Positions 49,162 to 58,700 of a stretch of DNA of 64,000 nucleotides are shown in pieces; the first letter of the stretch is position 1; every line of letters starts with the position of its first letter. The stretch lies in NCBI GenBank assembly GCA_038046245.1, contig JBBSWO010000008.1:2521-66520 (forward strand), in the 5' to 3' direction. The notes under the pieces were generated by a model. That model was not told where the DNA came from. It saw only the letters and a list, made by a program, of their open reading frames with translations, and searched no databases. Source of the stretch: Nanobdellota archaeon. Its GTDB lineage: Archaea > Nanobdellota > Nanobdellia > Pacearchaeales > GW2011-AR1. The translations under genes and the position numbers were made by a program.

Positions 49162-49651
49162 ATTTTTCACCATTTAAAGTTTGGGTCATGACAAAATAAA
49201 AATTTTCAGAGGGATATACCAAAAAATTGTAATCAATCCCATTTAAAGGCAATGTTAAATTGCCTCCCCCAGTTTGATAATTGCTTATTATCGAATAATT
49301 TACATTTTCCTGCATTTCCGTTGTGTTGTACCTAAAAACTTCTAGATTGTTTATAAAGGTAGTAACTGCTCCGACGGTGTAGTTTCCTGTTATGTATACT
49401 ATATCAATGTCCTTGCCGGCATAATCTGAGAAATTTTTTGTAAACTCTTTTATTTTTTTATCGTTGTTTGCAATGCTATAATCTACAACTTTTTGTCCTT
49501 CAATTTTCAGCTGGTCTGAGAGTTCGTAAACCCTTACCTGCTCTTTTTTTTTGGAGGAATTTGAAATGAGAAAAAATCCAATTATCAATGATATGATTAC
49601 TATTGCTGCAATAAGATAGAACTGGCCTCTTTTGTTCAACCTCTTTAACAT
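49145..49651 (-). CDS. Pilin-like protein
   Basis: NKRG/QFYLIAAIVII. Confidence 0.75.
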   Translation of the reverse strand: MLKRLNKRGQFYLIAAIVIISLIIGFFLISNSSKKKEQVRVYELSDQLKIEGQKVVDYSIANNDKKIKEFTKNFSDYAGKDIDIVYITGNYTVGAVTTFINNLEVFRYNTTEMQENVNYSIISNYQTGGGNLTLPLNGIDYNFLVYPSENFYFVMTQTLNGEKYVARN

Positions 49652-49690
49652 GAATTAGGGAGGGAAATTATGTATATAAAACTAATTAAT

Positions 49691-52600
49691 TTAGACAATA
49701 GTTGTTTTTTTAGTCGTAGTAGTTGTTTGTGGTGTTGCAGCTTGCATTGTTATCTTTGTGTTCTTATAACTTGCTCCTTCTTCAAGAGTAAATTTAAGTG
49801 AGGATGTATCAAATCCATTTGTTCCGGGACCGACTCTTAAATTTACTATTGTGCCATCTCCCCTAGGAATAACTGCAGAGCCATCTAATTTGTATATTCC
49901 AATTATATCTTTATTGAAAGTTACACTAAGCGAATTCAATCTTGATGTTGAAGCAACTCCCAACACTTTCATCTTGGTTACATCATAAGAAATTTTGAGT
50001 CTTACTCCTGAAAGATCAACTGGAGTATTGAGATTTATTGGAACTAATTTCTCTGTGTTTGTTCCAGTTGCTGATCCTAAAGAAACAAAAGCTGTTGAGG
50101 CAGAATATCCTGCATAGGTCTGCTGATAGTTGCAAGTTAAGGGAGTGAATGAAATGTAAAGATAATTAATCATTGCTGAAAGATCTGAAATATCAACATT
50201 TCCATCTGGGGATCCATCAACATTTCCAACAGACATTGGTGCCTTAAATGGTGTAAATGAAATATATAAGTAGTCTATCATTGCTGAAAGATCTGAAATA
50301 TCTACATTGCCATCACTGTCAACATCTCCACATAAGAATTTAATCTGAGTTTTACCGCAATCATAACATCCTGTATGTTTTGCATTAAATCCTATCATTG
50401 GAGAGGTAATTTTTGTATTTGATAAATATGGGATGTTTGTGTTTACTGCAAGAACCTGGGTGCCAAAATTGGAACCTTCATGAAGCACCATGTTGTAGCT
50501 GAAAATTGTGGTTAAAATATCTAATTTTCCATCTTTGTCAACATCTCCTAGTGCATCTCCTTGAAAAGGCATGTTAATATGCATACTACTTAATTCAGGG
50601 TAGTCAAAAATAGAGATTGATTGTTCAGGATCATTTGTTCTTAAATTTTTATAGGCTATTTTATTACTCCCTGGGCCTCTCATGAATAAGAAAGTGTTAT
50701 TCTCAGTTTCATATACTGGTTTTGATATTATTGTATTTCCTGCGCCTAAGGCTTGACTGGAAGTATAATTTCCTATCGAAAATCCATAAGTGTCATAAAA
50801 GAAACTTGTCAAAGTTCTTTTTGCGAACAATGCAACTTCTAATTCAGAATCATTGTCGAGTTGCATAGGAATAGGATAGCTACCTTCATCAGGACGCGGG
50901 ACTATTATTGGCCAGCCAGTTAATTCATTTCCCAAATAATCATAAACATGCATGTGTGCGTATGCTGGAGTTTCTTCAACAAAAATTATTTCACGATATC
51001 CATCTTTATTTAAATCTGCAAGTGTTATTCTAGTGAAACTAATAAAATTTGAGACAACGAGGATCGGAAATCCTTGTTTAATGTTTCCATTTCCATCCCA
51101 AGCAAATAACTGTAGTTGACTTTGATTAGATGGATTTTTTGCAAGCACAATAACTTCAGGCTTGCTGTCATTATCAATATCTCCTGTTGAGGGAGGTGTT
51201 TTTGTAATAATTGATTGCCAACCACCCTGCAATTCAGATCCATCATTTTTGTAGACAGAAATTGGCATAACCTCTCTATGGCTGTAAATTATTTCTTCTC
51301 GACCATCCTGATCAATATCTTCTAATACTGGATAGTTATAAATGCCAGAAATCATCTCCCATTCAAGATTTTTTGGCCAGCCATTAACAGGCAAACCATT
51401 CTTTTTAAAAACATACAACATAGATTCACTACCAAAACCAATTAAGCTTGTTGATGAATAAACAACGTCTAAAACTCCATCTCCATCAACATCTCCTATT
51501 GCAGGAGTTGTTCCACCAGCAGCTACAGTTTTTTGAGGCCATCCAGACAAGACATTTCCTTTATTATCCCAAACATATAATGAAGAGTCTGGACTTCCAG
51601 GGCTTCCAGCAATTATTTCATTTTTTCCGTCATTGTCAAGATCTGCATACACTGGAGAAAATGCCTGGTAAAGAGCGTCATTTGTCATTTTCTGTGGCCA
51701 ACCTTCTTTCCAATTGCTATTTCTTTTAAATATAACTCTCAAATCTTGAGTGTATCTTCCAATAACATCATAAACTGTTAACCTAATTGATATTACTGAT
51801 GTAGTAATTTGGTCAAGGTCAATAGAACCCAAAACACCATTTATTTTTTGAGTGTTAACAGATGTAATAGTTATCCAGCTAGAAGGATTAAGACCTATTC
51901 CATAGTCTAAAACATAATGGTCAAAATTATTGCTTTGTGCTGTTCCTTTTATAGCAACAACACCAGATAAAAAAAGAGAGCTTGAAGTTTCAAAACTTGC
52001 TGTTGGATAAGGAGTTGGAGAATTTACTGCGGAGTAAACATTTATTTCTCCTGCTCCTTGAATAAGAGGAGACAATCCAAATGATGTTGCAGTTCCTTTT
52101 AATGTATTTTTTATTTCTTGAGGCGTCCAGCTCGGATGAGCTTGTTTTATTAAAGCCACTGCTCCAGCAACATGTGGTGTAGCCATGCTTGTTCCTGAAA
52201 TTGAAACATGTTTGTCCTCTAAACAAACAGATCCAGGCAGCCAGCTATCATATCTTGCAGCACATATATTGACTCCTGGTGCAACAACATCAGGTTTTAC
52301 ATTTCCTGTTGGAGTTGGTCCGATTGAGCTGAAAGTTCCAATATTATCTTTACAATATTTGTCTGACAAAGAGAGTGTGCAATTCTCCCACCTGTAATTA
52401 GAACATGTTCCTAAAAATTTCCATTGAGTTTCATTTCCAGTAAAATTTTCTGTTATAAACACATTAAATTTATAATAAAAACTTTGTACGCAAGATCTTG
52501 AAGGATAACATTCTAATGTATCTTTTGTTGAGAATACAAGAGAAGTAAGATTATTGTTTTTCGGCAAACTTATCACTGCCCAACCGCCGAATTTTGTTCC

Positions 52601-53941
52601 CGATTTTGTGTCAACACATAAATTTTGATTGTTTTGATCAGATATTATATTATTTCCAGAAGGGCAACGTGAGGAATTTTTTAATCCAATTACAGCATAA
52701 GCAGGAGTGTTGTCAACAAGATTTAATGGATTTAAAACATACTCTGAATCGTTTAACATTCCAAAAGTAGATTCTGTGACAACTGGATCGTTTATGTTTG
52801 TTTCAATATCAGCACGTCCTACTAAATATGCTTCTGTGTAATATCTTGAATCTTTTGTTTTACAATCTGCTCCAACCCCAATAATATCTTTTGCATTGCC
52901 TGGGCTGCCAATAGTGAAGTAGCCATCAGGCCTTCCTGAATTTCCCACAGCAACAACAACATTAACTCCAGCTAAAACTGCATTATCTGATGCAACTGAC
53001 ATAGGATCAGAGGGATCACCCCAAGTGCCGAGGCTCATACTGATTATATCAATATGATCAGAAGTATCTCCATCTTGATTTGGATCCACAGAATGTTCTA
53101 TCGCTGCTATTACATTTGATAAAGGTCCTCCTCCATTTTTGTCTACAGCTTTATAAGCATAAATTGTAGCCTCTGGGGCAACACCATTCAAAATTCCTTT
53201 TCCTGCAGCTGTGGCTGCAACATGTGTTCCATGACCCATGTCATCCATAGGATCATTGTCATTATTATAAAAATCATAACCTCCAACAATTTTACAACCT
53301 GGCCCAAAACAGCCTCCAAGATCAGGTTGGGTATAATCTACTCCAGTGTCAATAATTCCAATTTTAATTCCCTTTCCAGTTAAATTTGTTCCATTAACTT
53401 GCATATTCCAGACTTTGTCAGCTTGTATTTGGGGAACAGAATCGTAAAGAAATATTTGTACTTCCTTATTAAAATAAACTTCTTTTACATTTGGTAAAGA
53501 TTTTATCTTTGAGATATCTTTTTCTGAAACTCCTGAAACTGCAAATCCGTTAAAAACATTTTGATATTTTGAATTAATTTTTATTTTAGGAGAAATTTGT
53601 TTTATTTGATCTTCGACAATTTTTTGCTTGTCAACAAGATTTTGTTTGTAACTCTTTGCACTTAAAGCTTTTGCATTAGAATTTGAAGATAGCTTTGCTG
53701 TATACTGTGAAACAGGATCATCTTTCAATTGAATTATATAACTATTAAGTTTTGGTTGTGCTTGTGTGGAAGTTGTCGTTGCTGTTTTTGCATTGGAAGT
53801 ATCTGCGCCTAAAATCTTCTTTACAGCATTTCCAGTAGAAAATTTTTGATCAATAAAACCCAATGCAAGAATTTCAAAAACCAAAATTAATGACAGTATA
53901 AGAATTAATGTTTTGTTAAACTTCAAACCCCTTTTCTTCAT
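49691..53941 (-). CDS. Secreted S8 subtilase with I9 prodomain, FG-GAP/GWP repeats, dockerin and cohesin-like domains
   Basis: Catalytic IIDTGVD, HGTHVA, SGTSMATPHVAG; repeated DLDNDG..EII / GWP; duplicated DGNVDISDLSAMI-YL; C-terminal VPINL..DLSGVRLKISYD; start moved to MKKRG. Confidence 0.88.
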   Translation of the reverse strand: MKKRGLKFNKTLILILSLILVFEILALGFIDQKFSTGNAVKKILGADTSNAKTATTTSTQAQPKLNSYIIQLKDDPVSQYTAKLSSNSNAKALSAKSYKQNLVDKQKIVEDQIKQISPKIKINSKYQNVFNGFAVSGVSEKDISKIKSLPNVKEVYFNKEVQIFLYDSVPQIQADKVWNMQVNGTNLTGKGIKIGIIDTGVDYTQPDLGGCFGPGCKIVGGYDFYNNDNDPMDDMGHGTHVAATAAGKGILNGVAPEATIYAYKAVDKNGGGPLSNVIAAIEHSVDPNQDGDTSDHIDIISMSLGTWGDPSDPMSVASDNAVLAGVNVVVAVGNSGRPDGYFTIGSPGNAKDIIGVGADCKTKDSRYYTEAYLVGRADIETNINDPVVTESTFGMLNDSEYVLNPLNLVDNTPAYAVIGLKNSSRCPSGNNIISDQNNQNLCVDTKSGTKFGGWAVISLPKNNNLTSLVFSTKDTLECYPSRSCVQSFYYKFNVFITENFTGNETQWKFLGTCSNYRWENCTLSLSDKYCKDNIGTFSSIGPTPTGNVKPDVVAPGVNICAARYDSWLPGSVCLEDKHVSISGTSMATPHVAGAVALIKQAHPSWTPQEIKNTLKGTATSFGLSPLIQGAGEINVYSAVNSPTPYPTASFETSSSLFLSGVVAIKGTAQSNNFDHYVLDYGIGLNPSSWITITSVNTQKINGVLGSIDLDQITTSVISIRLTVYDVIGRYTQDLRVIFKRNSNWKEGWPQKMTNDALYQAFSPVYADLDNDGKNEIIAGSPGSPDSSLYVWDNKGNVLSGWPQKTVAAGGTTPAIGDVDGDGVLDVVYSSTSLIGFGSESMLYVFKKNGLPVNGWPKNLEWEMISGIYNYPVLEDIDQDGREEIIYSHREVMPISVYKNDGSELQGGWQSIITKTPPSTGDIDNDSKPEVIVLAKNPSNQSQLQLFAWDGNGNIKQGFPILVVSNFISFTRITLADLNKDGYREIIFVEETPAYAHMHVYDYLGNELTGWPIIVPRPDEGSYPIPMQLDNDSELEVALFAKRTLTSFFYDTYGFSIGNYTSSQALGAGNTIISKPVYETENNTFLFMRGPGSNKIAYKNLRTNDPEQSISIFDYPELSSMHINMPFQGDALGDVDKDGKLDILTTIFSYNMVLHEGSNFGTQVLAVNTNIPYLSNTKITSPMIGFNAKHTGCYDCGKTQIKFLCGDVDSDGNVDISDLSAMIDYLYISFTPFKAPMSVGNVDGSPDGNVDISDLSAMINYLYISFTPLTCNYQQTYAGYSASTAFVSLGSATGTNTEKLVPINLNTPVDLSGVRLKISYDVTKMKVLGVASTSRLNSLSVTFNKDIIGIYKLDGSAVIPRGDGTIVNLRVGPGTNGFDTSSLKFTLEEGASYKNTKITMQAATPQTTTTTKKTTIV
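50169..50302. repeat. Two identical 26-bp direct repeats, 108 bp apart, encoding the dockerin duplication
   Basis: atcattgctgaaagatctgaaatatc at 50169-50194 and 50277-50302. Confidence 0.85.
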
Positions 53942-53975
53942 TGATAATAAAAACCAAATCACTATAAAAATATTT

Positions 53976-54233
53976 GTAGACTCAGAGGGTTGCTTCCGAA
54001 AAACCAAAAAGCTACCTTTATTCTTCCTCGGTTTTGCGACCTGCTAAGCACCTTGACAAATGTTTAGGGCTGCTCCGATCAAGGCCTGACCCGTTTCGCA
54101 TATGCAAGATCAAAACAGACAAAACGTCAACGTCCAAATAAAGACTTCTTGACATTTCAGTCACGCCCCTCCTTGCAGTCTGCCTAAAGCCCGTTTGCAA
54201 ATAGCGGAGGGCTAATCCGCTGACCTAGTCTAC
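53976..54233 (-). ncRNA. ffs: Signal recognition particle (7S) RNA, divergent
   Basis: GC-richer intergenic island; terminal helix GTAGACT/AGTCTAC; Alu-like hairpin AGCGGA-TTAGCCC-TCCGCT whose loop can pair with downstream GGGCT; helix-8 SRP54 motif GGGT-CAGG-CC..GG-AGCA-GCCC; TATA-like cttaaata about 24 nt upstream. Confidence 0.8.
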
Positions 54234-54281
54234 GAAATTACATAGAAAAAGGGTATTTAAGGGTTTTGAATTTAGAATGTC

Positions 54282-55001
54282 TTAATTAGGACGCAGTAAG
54301 AAATCTAACGATTCTGGTGTATTATATTCTTTAGGATCTTGTCCTTTGATGAATACTCTTGCACCATTATTCCCAACAACAATCATTTTGTCTCCTGCAA
54401 CTCTTAGCATTGCTCCTTCTCTCAGCGCAACTACTTTATCATCGTTAAAAGCATGATATTCTTTTATCCTTGTTTCTCTAGTTTCGCCCATATGCGTTGA
54501 GTTTGGATCAGAATCTAAATAATGTGGATTAATAACAAACGGAACTAAACCCAAAGCATCAAAACTTGAAGGAGAAGCGATGGGCATATCGTTTGTAGTC
54601 ATTATTGTTTTTCCAGCAACATTAGATCCAGCGCTGGTGCCGATATAGGGTATTCCTGTTTTTACCTTGTCTCTTATACTAGGCATTATTCCCATTTCAT
54701 AAATAGATTTTAACAAAACAAAAGTATTTCCTCCACCCACAAATATTGCTTCAGCGTTTTCCACGGCTTTTCTCGGACTGTTAAATTCATGTATTCCATT
54801 GAGGCCAAATTCCATTTTATGAAACCTTTGACGAGCAACATTTGTGTACTCCTCAAAATTTATTCCTCCAGGTCTTGCATATGGAATAAAGAGAGCATTC
54901 ATTCTCCCACTTAAAATATCACGTATTTGTCCTTCACAATGGTCTAAATATCCAGTTCCGTGTGTCTTAGAACTACTTATCAAAAGCAAGTCTCTTGTCA
55001 T
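54282..55001 (-). CDS. pepE: Dipeptidase E (peptidase S51)
   Basis: FIPYA, FVGGGNTF, G-SAGSNV, TTNDMP, INPHY, HMGETRETRI-E. Confidence 0.93.
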   Translation of the reverse strand: MTRDLLLISSSKTHGTGYLDHCEGQIRDILSGRMNALFIPYARPGGINFEEYTNVARQRFHKMEFGLNGIHEFNSPRKAVENAEAIFVGGGNTFVLLKSIYEMGIMPSIRDKVKTGIPYIGTSAGSNVAGKTIMTTNDMPIASPSSFDALGLVPFVINPHYLDSDPNSTHMGETRETRIKEYHAFNDDKVVALREGAMLRVAGDKMIVVGNNGARVFIKGQDPKEYNTPESLDFLLRPN

Positions 55002-55056
55002 GCGAAAGAGATTAAATTAACACTTATAAAGATTGTTATAATAAAATTGCTAGTTT

Positions 55057-55746
55057 TCACTTAAACTCAGCAATTTCAGTCTTTTTCTTTCTCTTTCCAA
55101 TTCCCCAAGCTAGAATTCCTATTCCCACAACGAGTACAACGAATACTATTATCCCGCCAGTCTTTGTTTTAACAAAGTCTCCGATTGCCGAGAAATAAAA
55201 GGTTATGCCATCTGATTGTGTAACGCTAGACTCGCATTCTTTTTCGGTTAATGGTTTTAGCTCCTCAGTCCCACAACCATTCCAATCAACACAATCTCTT
55301 GTTCCACATTGGTCTTTGGCGTTGCTCCACACAGAGCATACCCAATTTTCAGTGCAAACAGTTTGATTTTGATCGTTATTCGAATTAGAGAATACTTGAG
55401 GAGAGTTTATAGATGATCCACCACCGCCTCCTCCGCCCCCACCACCGCTAGATACACTAGGTGTGTCAGTTGTACCGCATGCTCTTGTTTGGTCGCATTG
55501 TGCAGGCTTTAAATCTTTAGTAGGACATGAAGGATTTGACTGGATGCAAACAAAAGTTTGTTGATTCCCCGCGCATTCACTCCAAAAACTGCTACTCCAA
55601 TCTTCACAGCTTCCCCCACCAACAACAATTTTACCACCATCATTGTCAAATTTTAAAGTTCCTTGATACTCCGCGGAAGAAACTAGACCAATTCCTGCAA
55701 AAACTAAGAAGAATACAAAAATTATTGGTAGTGCTTTTTTCATCAT
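55057..55746 (-). CDS. Small Cys-rich membrane-anchored surface protein with poly-Gly linker
   Basis: Signal peptide; WSEC and CTENWVCSVWS...RDCVD-NGCGT modules; SSGGGGGGGGGSS; C-terminal TM plus basic tail. Confidence 0.75.
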   Translation of the reverse strand: MMKKALPIIFVFFLVFAGIGLVSSAEYQGTLKFDNDGGKIVVGGGSCEDWSSSFWSECAGNQQTFVCIQSNPSCPTKDLKPAQCDQTRACGTTDTPSVSSGGGGGGGGGGSSINSPQVFSNSNNDQNQTVCTENWVCSVWSNAKDQCGTRDCVDWNGCGTEELKPLTEKECESSVTQSDGITFYFSAIGDFVKTKTGGIIVFVVLVVGIGILAWGIGKRKKKTEIAEFK

Positions 55747-55779
55747 TTTTATAAAAATAAAGATTATTTAAACATTTAT

Positions 55780-58700
55780 TTAGTTTGGTGCAGGTAATTC
55801 ACACATTAGAGAACTTTTTATCCAGTAGTTTAAATCCTGAACTCCCTCTCCAATTGCCTGTACTGCTTCGCTTGTTAAGTTCAAATGAAGATTGAATTGG
55901 GCACGTCCGTTTATATCTATGCACATGTCTTCAAGAGATAAATCTCCAGCGTCTGTTTTGAACCAGCATGCACCATTTACCCATTCTACATCAGGGCCTA
56001 CACAGGATCCTTCATCAGTTCCAATAATGTGTTTCATTCCAACAAATGTCCAGTCCATATCTTGAGGATCAGATGTTGTAGCATTAAGCATTGCAGGAGT
56101 CACAATGTTTCCAAGTTTATCCATCCAGAATTCTATTGTGTTTCCTCCTCTCATACATAAGTTGAAAGTAAAGTCACAGCTTCCTCCGTTTACTGGATCA
56201 ACAAGGCATGTTGAAGGGCTTATGTACTCAACATTCACGACTTCAGGTAAATGTTCATTCACTGAGGCACTGTTCTCATTTCCTAAGTTGTCTTTAGCGG
56301 TAATTATCAAAGTGTATTCTCCTGCTGGGAGATCTTTTTCCATTAATCCTTCATATGTGAATGTGTTTCCGTATTGTTGTTTCTTCAACTGAACTGTCTT
56401 TACAACTATACCACTGGAGTTCTTTAATTCAGCAACAACACTTGAATCATTTATTCCAGATTTTGCGTCGCTAATACTTACAACTATTGACTGCACACAC
56501 TTGTTGACGTCACTAGCTTCACTTTGTGTTGGGTTTCTCACTATTATTGTTGGAGGAACATCATCTACATTATCCCATTCAATCTGTGCTTCGTTCTGGT
56601 TTCCAAGAGCATCTTTACAATACCATTCTAAATTGTGAAGTGAGTCTTCTTTGAAGTTGAAAGTATATTTTCCTTCTTCAGTTGCAACGCAATAATATCC
56701 GTTTTCAGTTAATTGATTGTCTCCAGCATATTCTTGAGTTATGTATCCAGATGGTCCGTCTATAGGATGCCATGATACTCTGAAACATAATTGTTCATGA
56801 TCAACAGGATGAGGTTGAACATCATCACAGCTTAATGTTACAGGCGTTTGACTTGTAACAAACCAAGCTTGCCATTCACTTTCTTCTCCACACTTTCCAG
56901 TTTCATCATCACATTCAAACTTAGGTTCTCCAATCAATTTGTCTGTTTTAGGAGGTTCATTATCCACAAAAACACATTGTTTCTTTACGGCTTCTGTTTT
57001 TTCAACATTGTCAACAGCATAAAACTCAATCAAGTGACAAGAATCTTCAGGTATCTTAAAGTCAACCGAGTTTCCCTCATGGGATGTCCATTCTCCACTG
57101 CCTTCAAAATCACATTTTGCTACACATGCTTCATCAGATACATCTAAAGGAGTTACTCTATAATTAATTTCACTGACTCCTGAAGGGTGTGGTTCTTGAT
57201 CTATTGCAGCTAAATTTATATTTGTTGCAGAAGTAATCCAGTCATATACTTGATCTGTCACAAAAGGAGTTCCGTAAGTTTTTGTGGTAAGAGGCTTGGT
57301 TTTATCAACTATAAATGTCTCAAAATCTCTAACTTCATTTCCTAACGCATCCTTACATTCTATTAATAAATTATGTCTTGATTCTTCTGGGAAATGTATT
57401 ACAAAATTATCTCCTAGCCCCTCTTCTCCAAGAATAGATTCCCCATCATTAACAGTATAGCTCCATTTGCATTCAATGCCTCCAACAGGGTGTGGTTGTG
57501 AGTCAGTAACCTTAACATGAATTTCTGTAACACCATCTAGATAGCAAACATCATTACTATCAGGTTGAGGTGGGCATTGCCCATAGCTTGGTCCGACAAT
57601 TTCTTTTTCTATTGTAGGGGATTTAGAATCAACTACATCAATTTCAGATTGTGTTTCTTCAGTGTTTCCTAGTGCATCAGCACAATAATATTCTAACTGG
57701 TGACATGAATCTTGTGGGAAATAAATAGGTTCTTCGTAGCTAAACCATTCAGTCCATTCAGATTGATCCAAATTAGCACAGTTGTCATTAAATCTATACC
57801 TATAATGTAAGGAAACTTGGTCAATTGGGTGTGGACTTTGATCTGCACAACTCAATTCTATTGGCGTTCCTCCAGAAATGAAATAATCACATTGTAAATC
57901 TTGAGGTTCTGGAGGTAATCCCCCAAATCCACATTGGCCTTGAGGAATAGCGTATGCATTTATTATTCTATCATAAGCATCTTGACTCCATATTGCTCCA
58001 ACACCCTGACTTGCAAAAGTAAGGTCATCACATTCCATATCTTCAAGTCTTTCTGGGAAAGTTGCAAATAAATTTATGCTTGTAAAGTCTTTTGTTGCTT
58101 CATAAATTTGACTTCCGCCATTGTTTGCAAGATATAATTTTGAACCTCCAACAGCAATTCCTGAATTTCCATATCCTCCAAGATTTACTGGGAAACTTTC
58201 TATAAATGTGCCATCAGTTTTATAGTGTGATACCGGTGATGAAGCGTCTGGGCTTGTCCATATTGTGTCATCAGATCCATCGTATGCTAATCCGTCAAAA
58301 CAACCACCAGAAACAAACATATCTTGGCTTGATCCATCAGATAAGTCCACTAATATTACATTATTAAAATTAGAACATACCCAAAGCTTATTTCTGGTTG
58401 CATCCCATGCAGCTGCACCAAGACTAGTTTTTCCTGTGACACTAATCGTATTTACAAGACTTCCATCTGAAGGGCTTAGTAAATCAAGTTTGTTATTGTA
58501 ATAACAAGTCATAATAAGATTTGTTCCATCAAAAGCAAGACCTACGTTGATCCCACATTGTGATGGATTTGCTCCAGTGATTTGTCTTAAATTAGTACCT
58601 GGAGAAGGAACATTTATGTCATTAGGAACAAACTGCTCGTCATTTCCTCCATCGCTTGCTTCACATACTATTTTAGGATTCCCAACTTCCTTCGTAGTTA

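Noticed and set aside
54018-54200. 60-aa ORF and the extended N-terminus (53942-54007) of the subtilase
   Set aside because: Both overlap the SRP RNA region; non-ATG starts and no protein-like features
53976-54233. RNase P RNA as the identity of the GC-rich island
   Set aside because: No GAGGAAAGUCC or AACAGAA P4 motifs; the SRP helix-8 and Alu features fit better
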